From contig NC_068989.1 in NCBI RefSeq assembly GCF_001194135.2, positions 62,707,746 through 62,748,249 of the forward strand: DNA of 40,504 nucleotides, given 5' to 3'. Position numbers and translations under genes: made by a program. The stretch comes from Octopus bimaculoides (lineage: Eukaryota). The notes below the pieces were generated by a model, which saw only the letters and a list, made by a program, of their open reading frames with translations, did not search any database and was not told where the DNA came from. Below are positions 1 to 11,463 of the stretch, piece after piece (position 1 is the stretch's first letter; each line of letters starts with the position of its first letter).

Positions 1-37
<37 letters not shown>

Positions 38-127
38 TGCATACAGATACTTACATGCATACACACACATATATAGATATATAGACATATATTCACACAT
101 ATTTATATATTTAGAGAGGTTTGGTCT

Positions 128-1545
128 CACAGCATCCAGTAACCTTGTCCCGTGACATTCAATACTCATCAGTGGAAGTCCAAAACATTTGCACCATCTG
201 CTCTGTATTGGTGCTTTTTCACCTCTTGATAATGTAATTATCAAGTTCTTGACAGATTACTCCAACAATATCCTGAAATTGTCAGTAAGTCTCTTCTTCC
301 TTTATAGTATCCTGTGGGTGTCCATTTTTTGTCAAAATTTATGGTCTTATTGGTGTGTTTGATTTTCATATCTTGAGACAAGGGGTATGTCACCACCAGT
401 AACGAAACTTGTAGGCGGAGCTTAGGGCTCTGGCTTAAATTTTGGGGAATGCACTGAGACGTTTGCACGAGCATACTGTTCATTCTTTTCATTCTGTCTA
501 CACGAATCATGGAAATGAAATAAGGAAAAAATGACCACTGCAGACTGGGAATAATACTATACTGGAAGCAAAATATCTTGCTCCTTCTGAATAGCTGGAT
601 TTTATCAACAGCTTTTAACCAGCTGCAAGTGGGTTTTGGTGCCTTTAGCATTTTCAATAATATTAAGAATATAATTGAAACTACTCCCATAGCCGCAGAC
701 TCATTTTTCTTGGATTATCCAAACCCCCGTGCCCCGAATGCTGAAGGATATTTAGGATCCAAGATTTCGCTGGCTTAATATTCAAGCGTGACTATGTGGC
801 CATCTATTCCAGCGAGCTTAATGGCCAAACGGCCCGTTCGATTGGTGGTGTCATTACCGTTACGTCGTCCATGAACGCGCTGCAAACTAAATTTACCGTG
901 CTTGTGTCGGCTTCTGGACCTTTTGACTGCTTACCTCTAACCCGTAGCAATAGTTTCATGGACACCATAAACGGTATCACGGAACCTCTGCACTCTGCCA
1001 TAATGTATTTTTCCAATCGCTGCTACTCAGTAGTGATATTTACCACAGTAAACATGAACCTCAGTGAACGTATGCAGGCCATTATGAGTCTGAATATATT
1101 TTTTGGCACCAATGCACTTCAGAGAAGCTGCTAATGCACGCTTGGCCACGATGTGGTAAGATTCCACAATACAAGGGAGAATGAATTGGTCTCCCTCCTC
1201 GCTTCATTAATGGCATGGTTTATTACAGATCTGTGCTCGAGCCATTCAGAGCAGCCTAAGACCATTCTTTTCTGGAGAATCGTGTCGATATACTCACTGA
1301 CCATTTTGCGCATACAGATCTTCCTCTCAGCATTCAAACGTCCTGCTGATTTTTTTTTTTTATTTGAGTGGGGAGCAAAACAGACCTTAGCGAGTATCCA
1401 GAGCCTGATTTCCTGCTTCTCTTACCAGAATATAAAAGATTTCCTAGACTCCTTCACTCCTTCTCAGGTGTGACGAATTTTTACAAATTCTGTACTCAGT
1501 ACCAGATGACCTTGGATCAGAACCTGCAGGTAGTTGCTTTTTCCC
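128..1545 (-). mobile_element. Degraded non-LTR retrotransposon RT region, HERO-like (RLE-type clade), with stops and frameshifts
   Basis: Minus-strand translations give ordered RT motifs: SSGTEYRICKN (cf. PSGIPYKVYKNCP), LNAERKI, GCSEWLEHRSVINHAINEARRETNSFSLVLWNL, AFMDDVTVMT (864-878), *SRLNIKPAKS (cf. WARMKFKPAKS), RSKIFCFQYSIIPSLQW, GQGYW. The HERO assignment is from recalled motif similarity. Confidence 0.8.
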
Positions 1546-1584
1546 CGCTGCCTTCACTTCGAAGTGGGTGCGGAGTTGGAACTT

Positions 1585-1586
<2 letters not shown>

Positions 1587-1634
<48 letters not shown>

Positions 1635-1682
1635 CGCGCGTGTCTGTGTGTGTGTCTCTTTATTTGTGTGTGTGAGCGCGTG
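1587..1682. repeat. (TG)n microsatellite
   Basis: Direct sequence. Confidence 0.95.
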
Positions 1683-2410
1683 ATCTGTTAGAGATTTTGT
1701 TGGCTACTCCATCGATTCGAAGTAATTGTGATTAATTAAATTTTACATAATGCTCACGTAATTCCTTTGATTTCGTTTTATATTTTTTCACGCATCATAT
1801 CTGTAAATCATCATTATTTCTTATTTCCATATGTTTACTGCATTATCTACGTCGTGATGTATTATTCCATACACTAATTGCATTAGCTGAACTTGGAATA
1901 TTAAATTTGTATGTCTAACGTGTTTTCACATCGGGAACAGAATGATGTCATAAATTTGGAAGGCGTTACGTGTTTTCATTTGTTTTCAACCTCGTTGGGC
2001 TGTCCACTGTAATTGCATAGCTGTGATTGTGTCACTGTAATTACAGAACTTTTGTTTGAACATATTGTGAGGTTTTTATACATGCTTGTATATATATATG
2101 CGTGTGTGTGTGTGTGTGTGTGCGCGCGCGTTGGTGTGAGTGTGAACATATATCACCTCCACATATATGCGCATATAAAAATTTGATTCTGTATAATTAT
2201 CAAGAACACAAATACGAATACATCGATATATACACAGGTATATATTTATATACGCAAGTTAAGTCTAACACTAAAGCAGAAATGGCGTTATAAGTTTATA
2301 ATGTGTGCGTGTATTTAGATACATCCGTTTATATATAAAACATAAATATGTGTGTGCATGTATGCGTACATCTGTGTGTCTGTGTGTGTATCTCTTTCTT
2401 TGTATATATA

Positions 2411-2764
2411 NNNNNNNNNNNNNNNNNNNNNNNNNNNNNNNNNNNNNNNNNNNNNNNNNNNNNNNNNNNNNNNNNNNNNNNNNNNNNNNNNNNNNNNNNN
2501 NNNNNNNNNNNNNNNNNNNNNNNNNNNNNNNNNNNNNNNNNNNNNNNNNNNNNNNNNNNNNNNNNNNNNNNNNNNNNNNNNNNNNNNNNNNNNNNNNNNN
2601 NNNNNNNNNNNNNNNNNNNNNNNNNNNNNNNNNNNNNNNNNNNNNNNNNNNNNNNNNNNNNNNNNNNNNNNNNNNNNNNNNNNNNNNNNNNNNNNNNNNN
2701 NNNNNNNNNNNNNNNNNNNNNNNNNNNNNNNNNNNNNNNNNNNNNNNNNNNNNNNNNNNNNNNN
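2411..2764. other. Assembly gap (N). Other gaps: 11639-11901, 19608-20113, 24239-24248, 32315-32482, 33860-33913, 36423-36552
   Basis: Runs of N, almost all bordered by (TA)n or (TG)n tracts. Confidence 1.
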
Positions 2765-2765
2765 A

Positions 2766-2803
<38 letters not shown>

Positions 2804-3151
2804 CATGCGTTTTGGTATCTAAATATCTAAATACGACATGCGTGTGCGTATGTGTGGGTCCGTGTGTGCTTCTTCGCTCATATATATATACACGGGTATG
2901 TAGTTGTACTTTTACTATTCATTCAGTTTTTATTTATTGTCCTTATTTTCATTTCTGATTAAATTTAACAAATCTACAATAACGGTTTCCTTACTTTGCT
3001 ATATAATATGACTATTTTATCAGAACGTATAACATTAAACATACACAAATGTATACGTGTGTGTGCGTGTGTGCATGTGTGTGTGTGTGTGCGTATGTGA
3101 GTGAGTGTCTGTGTGTGTGTAGGCAGGTATGCATGTTCTCTTAATTATTTA

Positions 3152-3342
3152 AAATCTTCCTCAGAGGAATGAGCTGGTTTCTAACACTTAAAAAAAAACT
3201 CCACCGTGGGAATGTAGATGACGAAACTAACACCACATTGTAGATATGAGAAAATTTTGCAAATATTTACCGTTCCATTGACATATTGTAACTATAATGT
3301 GCGAGATATTTGATTGATGTTTTTCTGAAGATCCAAGGTTAT
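3152..3342 (+). repeat. Diverged ~190-bp repeat, copy 1 (copy 2 at 3841-4016)
   Basis: Shared start (TCTTCCTC..GCTG.TTTC.AACA) and shared end (ACATATT...TAATGTGCGA...TTGAT.TTTTTCTGAA.AT.CAAG.TTAT). Confidence 0.6.
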
Positions 3343-3457
3343 GCAAACCCTGATTTATGCATTTATTTATAGAACATAGTGTATGAATTGTTGGAATAAA
3401 TGCATGTTTTTATCTGAATATAGAACGTAGAGGTTTCCACACTTATCCTTCTATTCT

Positions 3458-3800
3458 TTGTATGTATGTATGTATGTATGTATGCATGTATGTATGTATG
3501 TATGTATGTATGTGTATGTACGTACGTACGTGTGTATGTATGTAAGGATGGATGGATGGATAGATGGATGGACGGATGGGTGGATAGATGGATGGATGGA
3601 TGGATGGATAGATGGATGGATAGATGTACATATGTTAGCATGTATGTCATTGTTTAGTTTTATTTCAAGATTTCTTGCCGAGAGTGAAGTATGTATGTAT
3701 GTATGTATGTATGTATGTATGTATGTATGTATGTATGTATGCGTACATGCACATATACATGTACATATGTATGCATGCATGTATGCATATATGTATGTAC
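3458..3800. repeat. Compound tetranucleotide microsatellite (TATG)n-(GGAT)n-...-(TATG)n
   Basis: Direct sequence. Confidence 0.95.
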
Positions 3801-3840
3801 ACATGATTGTAGTTATGTCTCTTCTGTATTTCATAAAATA

Positions 3841-4016
3841 AATTCTTCCTCTCAAGAAGGGGCTGCTTTCGAACAATGATACAAACTTCCATCATTAGAA
3901 TATAGGCAACAACGTCACATTTTAAACCTGAGAAAAAGTTTTACTCTTCCGCTTACATATTAGATTTGTAATGTGCGAATTACTTGGTTGATATTTTTCT
4001 GAAAATGCAAGCTTAT
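3841..4016 (+). repeat. Diverged ~190-bp repeat, copy 2
   Basis: Aligns by eye to 3152-3342. Confidence 0.6.
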
Positions 4017-4596
4017 CCTGACTGACAGTTAAGCGTTTACTAAGAAACTCAAGTGCTCTAATTGTAGGTATGCATGTATTTGTGTGTGTACGTATGAATA
4101 TATGCAGGTATGAATATATACTCTGTCGTTATTAAATTAATACAAATATATCTAGTGATAACACATGCATTAGCACACGCACGTATATAAGTATGCATAT
4201 CAGAATGCATGATACTTGCATGCGTATTGCTACTAGTCTTGAACAAATTAAAAATGGCACGGTTTGTTTCTTCCCTTCACCTTTGTCTTATTCATTTTCC
4301 TCGGGTCTAGATTTTTCTCATGCTTTTCTACTTTTAAAATCGCATTTATTTTTCATTCAATTTTAAAGCGTTTCCGACTTTTCTCCATAAAACGAGAGGA
4401 ACCTTCCTTCGTTAAATTTACTCTTTCAAAGACATTTTTGCTGGACGTGTCACCCAGGTTTTCATCTTTCGTTATTTACTTCACCTCCCCAACAGTATTT
4501 CACTGTCTCCTTACCTACATGTTTATCCTGCCTGCTTCCTAGATTGTTAAATGCTAGATATTTCTTTCGTGAAATCTATGACCCACCATTTCTCTG

Positions 4597-4669
<73 letters not shown>

Positions 4670-6052
4670 ATCTCTCGCGTCAGTCTAAACCCTTAGATCT
4701 ATAGTAATTATCTTCTCCCCTTGACATCTGATTCCCAGCTCCGTCACTGAAATGTCTTCTTACAAGGACAATACCCGGCTATTACCATGACGATGATGGT
4801 TATTGACACTTGATCGATTAATATACTCATACTGTATTTATACATGCCTGCGTAGAGGAATATACGATGCATTGACATGATATGATATATGTGTATGTGT
4901 GTGTGTTTGTTTGTGTGTTTGTATGTGTGTATATATATATGTTTATATATATACATATGTCTGCATATATATGTGTATGTGCGTGTATGTATATATGTAC
5001 ACGCATACATACATATATACATACGCACATAGACATATGCATATTGCCTGGCATTTATACTAATATCCAGTAATTGTACCCACTTTAAAACAGTAACATA
5101 GATTCCCAATGAATTGTAATGTCAGTGATAGAGTTCTTCAAATATTATATGATTTCAGCAATCATTGTTTCGCTATTGAACAAAATGTAAAATATGTCTT
5201 CAAATTGGCTTTACCCAGGTATTTGAAGTTCGTGTTCATATCCCGAATTTGAAAATAATTCTATTTTCTCACTATATGTATCTTCTACCAGAATAATCGT
5301 TTTTCTTCATAATACCCGACGTCAGTTAGTCAGTGTAAGGAATTTGAATAAGTTTGGCATTATTCTAACATTCAATAATTAATAGTGAATTATGTGTGTG
5401 AAGAAACAGGAAAAGAAATTAAATACGTGATGAACTATGTGACACATTTCATTATCTTGCTCCTGGTATTGTTGTCAGTTTTCAGATCATATATCAAAAC
5501 GATTTCTTAATTAGCTACACTTGGATTTCATATGATTCTATGTACTTTCGTTTTCATATTTGCTTTAAAAGTTACACGTGTTTTAAACTAAATACGTAGA
5601 CTGTACTTTAGCCTACAGTTGAAAACATTAACTTATATATATATATAAATAATACATTTCTAAATCTCTCACAGAGATTTATACAGTAGTGATACGATGA
5701 AGAATTTGTATGCTGTCAACTTAATTTGACAGTCCCCTGAATGGAATAATACTACTGTTGGTTAGATCTAGGAAGCTGCGCCGCTTCCTGTCGGCCTTGA
5801 CACATTTCCTGTTTCCTTATGTGTCAAGGACATGTGTCAGGAAATGTGTTAGTTGCAAATAAAGCCAACATTTTAAAGAAGACGACAATGATTAAAGCAA
5901 GTGAAATATTTCAAGTCGTATACATTATTATTATTGCGAAAAATTCAAAGTCTTACAGATGTTAGAGTTCTATATTTAAGAGATGAGGAATTATGTACAT
6001 TATTTACATTATTTACATTCGACGGATATTTGTCCTCATCTTGTTTGTTGTT

Positions 6053-6098
6053 AACACAACGTTTTAGTTGATATACCCTCCAGCCTTTTTCAGGTGTC
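6053..6098 (-). ncRNA. Degenerate minimal type I hammerhead motif (copy A): stems I and III intact, core mutated
   Basis: Minus strand GACAC-CTGAAAA-A-GGCTG-gagggtatat-CAACT-AAAAC-GTT-GTGTT. Confidence 0.55.
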
Positions 6099-6144
6099 TT
6101 GGGGAAATTTCGAACCTGGGTTCTCATACCTAAGTATGTTTCGA

Positions 6145-6199
<55 letters not shown>

Positions 6200-6212
6200 G
6201 TTATATGTCTAT

Positions 6213-6288
6213 GGGCATATGGCGTAGTGGTTAAGTGTGTGGGCTACTAGCCCCAATATTCCGAGTTCGATTCCAAGCAGTGACCTGA
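6213..6288 (+). promoter_or_regulatory. tRNA-derived head with internal Pol III A and B boxes (not an intact tRNA gene)
   Basis: A box TGGCGTAGTGG (6220-6230), B box GAGTTCGATTCC (6263-6274); homologous to the head at 16375-16449. Confidence 0.8.
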
Positions 6289-6321
6289 ACAATAACAAAA
6301 ATAACAATAATAACATCGAAA

Positions 6322-6367
6322 AATACCTGAAGTAAGCTGGAGTGCATATCAGCCGAAACTGTGTGTT
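6322..6367 (+). ncRNA. Degenerate hammerhead motif (copy B)
   Basis: CTGAAGTA-AGCTG-gagtgcatat-CAGCC-GAAAC-TGT-GTGTT; the upstream stem I strand is lost in a deletion. Confidence 0.45.
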
Positions 6368-6999
6368 AACGACAAACAAGATGAGGATAAATATCCGTCG
6401 AATGTAAATAATGCAAATAATGTAAATAACTTAGAGATGTTTCTGGGATATCCCAGAGTGTGGGATATCCTGTCATCGGAGACAAATATGGAAAATGTGA
6501 AGGGTATCCATTAATGAAATGATGGCATAGATGATAGGTGGAAACGAATACAAAGATGAAGAAAGAGAAGAAAAAAAGAAGCATACAGGTTCACAGTTCA
6601 ACTTTTCGATCATGTAGAGGCAAGTCCGTAATTCTTTAGGTATACTCCGGTGTAAATCCATGTAGGTGAAAGTCCTGATATTGTCAATATCCAGAAATAG
6701 ACGCGAACATATCAACGATCAATAACGGAATGGTAGCGGAGGTGGCTCTTAAGTGGTAAAAAGAAAGAAAAATAAATAAATAGAAAGAGAGGTAGAGAGA
6801 GTGAGGGAGGAAATTAAGGATTAGCGTCAAGGATAAAATAAGGTATATAAAGATATAGCATCTAAGAATATAGTGTGCAAGAAAAAGAAACAAGATAGTA
6901 GAAAATAAATAAATAAATAAATATATAAGGGTAAATAAGGAAAGAGAAGAAGGAGATAAAGGAAAAACCGTAAAGAACAAAAATAAAGTAAAATGAAAG

Positions 7000-7545
7000 G
7001 AATTCAAAGAGAATCGTTTGTGCCAGTGGTTTCTAGTCTGTAGGAGTCGGGGAGGAAATCTAGTTTTAAGTATTATTTTCCTTTTCTGGTTAAGGTCAGT
7101 GACTGTAGCAATATTTTTAGCAATGGGATTATGGGTGTGTAGGTAGTCGTGAATGGAGAAATTAGTTGAGTGTCAAATTATTTAGGAATAAACGTTAGGA
7201 TTATATATTAGGACATTTATTAGATTACGGTTTTAAAATAAATTAAAGAATTAATATTTATCTTATAAAGTGATGAGGTAAGGTTGTTAACGATCATGGA
7301 GGTTTGTTTCTGGGTGTTATTCGTGGGAGGTATTTACATTTGGAGTTATGGAGGAATTTAAAAGTGCGCAAGAATTTGTGTTTACACGTTTTGAAGGATT
7401 TTTGTTGTCTTTATTAAGCAATTCTGGTGAGTTATGAGTTAAAATTTGGAGTTCACAAATGGATTGCCGGCCCTGATATGGGATTCCAGAGTCTATTATA
7501 GCTTAGGAAAGTCTAGTGTACCTTTTCGTTAAGATTACCTGAGAA
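7000..7545 (-). mobile_element. Probable LINE (Jockey/I-like) RT C-terminal remnant; 6445-7000 may be its 3' UTR
   Basis: Frame-broken minus translation KVH*TFL..AIIDSGIPY (cf. YKxFIRPIIDYG) then KSFKTCKHKFLRTF (cf. LQxxQNKxLRxI). Heavily decayed. Confidence 0.4.
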
Positions 7546-7561
7546 CTAAACACCCATATTT

Positions 7562-7616
<55 letters not shown>

Positions 7617-9115
7617 AGCAGAATACAAACAGGGCTCAATATTCACAACAATTGTTTTGCCACCGCTGTATGGATGTATTCTCAGATTGCATCATCGCCA
7701 AGACCTGCATTCATCAGATAAATTTTATAAACACGTAAGGCAGAAGTAAAAGGCAACAAGTTTGCCAGCGAACGTGGTGGACTTCTTCCAGAATTTATGC
7801 ACGCTTTCATAGCTCTAGCATCATTCATTCATACACAGCCCATTCACCTTTTAGTTCATTCTCACAATTTAAGCTGTCAATGATTTTCTTTTTGTTTGCT
7901 TAAGTATCTAGTAATCATCTTTAACATATTGCGCCGCGTTTCATTGACGTTTACGTGCGATCTAAATTATGAGCTCAAGTTGAAATTATGAACTCATGTA
8001 AAATACGCTCAACTCTCAAAAATGTGGTAGTCACTGCTAAATCAAAACAATGGGGCACTGCAGCTAAAGAAATAAAGAAAAGATAAATGCATTTTTTAAT
8101 GATTTGTTATTTTTTAGATAACTGTTTTACGCGTGGTCTGTGTCAGAGACTTATTTCTGAATTTCATGAATCAAGTACAATACTGCTTGAATGAGTTGTA
8201 TGCATAATGTATGTCGATATTGATTCGAACATCTCCAAAGTTCGTATTTATGCTTAATTGATCCAATAGTTGTAAATCGGGCCTTACCATAGATGTAAAA
8301 GAGATGATACATTTGAATACCTACCCTTCAATAGGAAATAATTATTCCAGAATTATCATTCTATGGATTCTAGCATCAAAGTTGATGATAAATGGTGCGT
8401 AATAGTCTTTATCAAGTCGATAAATATATAATGTGGAACATTCCCACTTCAATACCTCACATGTAGCAAAGTCTGTTTATAAAATTTTAATGCCATACCA
8501 GTTAAAAGAATTATATATATATATATATACGTACATCCACGCGCAAACACACGTACATTGATATAGGCTCAAATATGCATATATGCATAAAACATATAAA
8601 TGCTTTGTTAGATGTGGTCATCAGTTGTAATTGTTAAAGCTCTATCAAATAATCTGTAAATGGCTCTAATAAGCAACTAAATATTCCGATGAAATATATA
8701 TTAGCAAATCAATTAATCGTAATAAAGCTTTGATGAGGAACAAGATCGGTTGCTTTCGATCATATGATGTTATACTCAGTCCTGTTTAAGTTGCTGTTAT
8801 CTTTGCTAATGCAGTTTTGTTGTTATATATGAATATTGTTTTTTTATTATATTTTTGGAATTCATTGTACTATAATGAGTTATTGTTTTATATATTATAA
8901 TACAGTAGTAAAATGCTGCTTATATTTTTGAAGTGATTCTTATGTATGTGTATAGACATATGTTTAACTAATTTCATATCAAAAATGTATTTCAGTATGT
9001 CTGTGAGCACGTGATATAATGAAGCTTACTCTGGAGTAGTCACCTTTGGTTAGACATGCTGTGCATGTTAGAAAATCATTTTTAATATTAATTGTATTAG
9101 TAATGCTTTTATAAT

Positions 9116-9542
9116 ACTTTTCTACTCTCGGCACAAGACCCGAAATTTTGGGGGAGGGAACCAGTTGCTTAGATCGACCCTAGTACGCAACTGGTACTTA
9201 ATTTCTCGACACCGAAAGGATGAAAGGCAAAGTTAATCTCGGCGGAATTTGAACTCAGAACGTAAAGGCAGACGAAATACAGCTAAGTATTTCGCCCGGC
9301 GAGCTAACGTTTCTTATTTCATTACTGCCAAGGGGCTACACACAGAGGGGATAAACAAGGGCAGACAAACGGATAAATCAATTATATCGACTCCAGTGCG
9401 TAACTGGTACTTATATAAGCGATCCCAAAAGGATGAAAGGCAAAGTCGACCGCGGCGGAATTTGAACTCAGAACGTAGCGGCAGACAAAATAACGCTAAG
9501 CATTTCGCCCGGCGTGCTAATGCTTCTCCAGTTCGCCACCTT
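9116..9542 (-). mobile_element. Dimeric tRNA-derived SINE: two homologous monomers with different tails, one 15-bp TSD
   Basis: Two copies of the ...GCCGGGCGAAAT.CTTAGC...GAGTTCAAATTCCGCCG...TTTGCCTTTCATCCTTT body. TSD TAATGCTTTTATAAT at 9101-9115 and 9543-9557. Confidence 0.85.
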
Positions 9543-9909
9543 TAATGCTTTTATAATTACGTTATTTTCCGTGGGTGTGTATAGGCAGAAAATAAAAGCC
9601 GCCTAGATTATAAATTTTATTGTAAGTGATTACACCCGTTAATATTATGTATCCTAAATTCACTGAGGACACATTAGCAATTTCTTTGTATGTATTCAAT
9701 TGAGTAATCAACTGGAGAAATTATGACATCCACATCTATTTTTTACCCGCAACTCTTAAAAACAATTATTTTACTGACAATATTATCAAAAACGCATAAA
9801 TCCATTTCTTTTATTTTAGTGATGGACAACACTATAGAAAATGTTAAGCTAATCGAAGGGGAAATGTATTTCACTAGAGTAACAACTGCTTACAGTGGTA
9901 GCGGCAACT

Positions 9910-10298
9910 GTTGTTGTTGGCACTCCGTCGCTTACGACGACGAGGGTTCCAGTTGATCCGATCAACGGAACTGCCTGCTCGTGAAATTAACGTGCAAGTG
10001 GTTGAGCACTCCACAGACACGTGTACCCTTAAAGTAGTTCTCGGGGATATTCAGCGTGACACAGAGTGTAACAAGGCTGGCTCTTTGAATTACAGGCACA
10101 ACAGAAACAGGAAGTAAGGATGAGAGAAAGTGGTGGTGAAAGAGTGCAGCAGGGTTCGCCGCCATCCCCTGCCGGAGCCTCGTGGAGCTTTAGGTGCTTT
10201 CGCTCAATAAACACTCAAAACGGCCGGTCTGAGAATCGAAACTGTGATGCTATGACCGCGAGCCCGCTGCCCTAACGGCTGGGCCATTGCGCCTCAAC
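9910..10298 (-). mobile_element. Full-length tRNA-derived SINE with (AAC)n tail
   Basis: Head GGCGCAATGGCCCAGCCGTTAGGG...GTTTCGATTCTC; TSD TGGTAGCGGCAACT (9896-9909) / TGGTTGCGGCAACT (10299-10312). Confidence 0.8.
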
Positions 10299-11361
10299 TG
10301 GTTGCGGCAACTACTACATCGTAATTACCAAGAATGAGAGCATTATATGGAATAACAATGACAGTTCTTATATAATTTCAGAAATGATTATATATTTTTT
10401 CTAGAGCAAACTGTAGAGTATGAATCGATGTTAGGCTTGTGTTAATAAGATGGTCGTATACAAAATCAACAAAATCCTCAACAGATAATGTACATACATG
10501 TATAGGAGCGCACAATCGAAACTGAAATTATATAATCGGAAAAGTTCATGTTTACCATGTGTGAAACTGCAAGGATTAGAAAATATACTCCTTTAGATGA
10601 CAACAAGCAGATTCGTTATAGCTTATAAGATAGAATGTCTTAAATTCAGACGTAATGTCTGAAATAAAGATGAAGTTTTCAAGACGACATTATATTTCAC
10701 TACGCGAGTTGTTAGTTGAAGCTTAATTGGGGATAAATATCGACAACTCTATGGTCACTGAGATTACGTATGAATAATATCTAAAAAGTATTTCAGTTTC
10801 AAACTAAATAAACATACATCTATGGAATTAATTGCACTTCATCCTCGAGCGTGTGTTACGTAATAATCTTTGAAAAGTGCTAAATGTTATATATTTAATG
10901 TATATTTAATAGCTTTAAGAGAAATGTCGTCCATAGAGCACTGAAAATTAAATGGACTTCATAATGCATATACAGAGAATGAATTATGAATTTTAGGAGA
11001 TTTTATGATTTCATTAACGCAATGCAGAGTACTGGGTATATTTGATATATAAAGTACACAGTGCAGTCATTAATCTCATTTAGTAACATTTAGTGAATGA
11101 ATATATTTATGAACGCTTATAAATTAATTGGATTTAAATACCTCATAGACGAACTAGTTCTGATCATATACATCAAAAGTAATAATATATTCCGAGTTAT
11201 ACTAAAATAGAATCACTGGTATTGATAAAAGTGCATATGGACGTGTTAAAGATGGCTATGTTATGATGTTACTTGAGTTACCGTCCTGGAAATCATGTGT
11301 GTAATATACGTTTATCAGTAATTTGAACTTCTGGATACCATTGACAAGCTCTGTATGTGTA

Positions 11362-11397
11362 TCTCTCTCTCTCTCTCTCTCCCTCTCTCTCTCTCTC

Positions 11398-11462
<65 letters not shown>
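11362..11462. repeat. Compound (CT)n-(AT)n-(AG)n microsatellite; similar array at 20639-20735
   Basis: Direct sequence. Confidence 0.95.

Positions 11463-11463
<1 letters not shown>

Larger units (their letters stand above)
5964..6429. mobile_element. Non-autonomous PLE-derived insertion: minus-strand pLTR arm with (AAT)n, plus a plus-strand tRNA-headed pLTR arm; 12-bp TSD
   Basis: Both arms match the PLE 3' end at 16248-16449. TSD CTTACAGATGTT (5952-5963) / CTTAGAGATGTT (6430-6441), 1 mismatch. Confidence 0.8.

Noticed and set aside
2102-5109. Many CV/YI/HT-rich ORFs here and across the window, some spanning N runs
   Set aside because: Artefacts of microsatellites and gaps.
5102-5218. Possible 117-bp symmetric exon (FPMNCNVSDRVLQILYDFSNHCFAIEQNVKYVFKLALP) with CAG|GTATTT donor
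   Set aside because: Acceptor lacks a pyrimidine tract, the peptide is unrecognised, and the length is within chance.
6213-6288. tRNA gene
   Set aside because: Has A and B boxes but no acceptor-stem pairing and is embedded in a repeat; treated as a SINE-type head.
6590-6715. Minus ORF FLDIDNIRTFTYMDLHRSIP resembling a PLE RT motif
   Set aside because: The catalytic Asp is not in place, there are no neighbouring RT motifs, and it lies in a presumed LINE 3' UTR.
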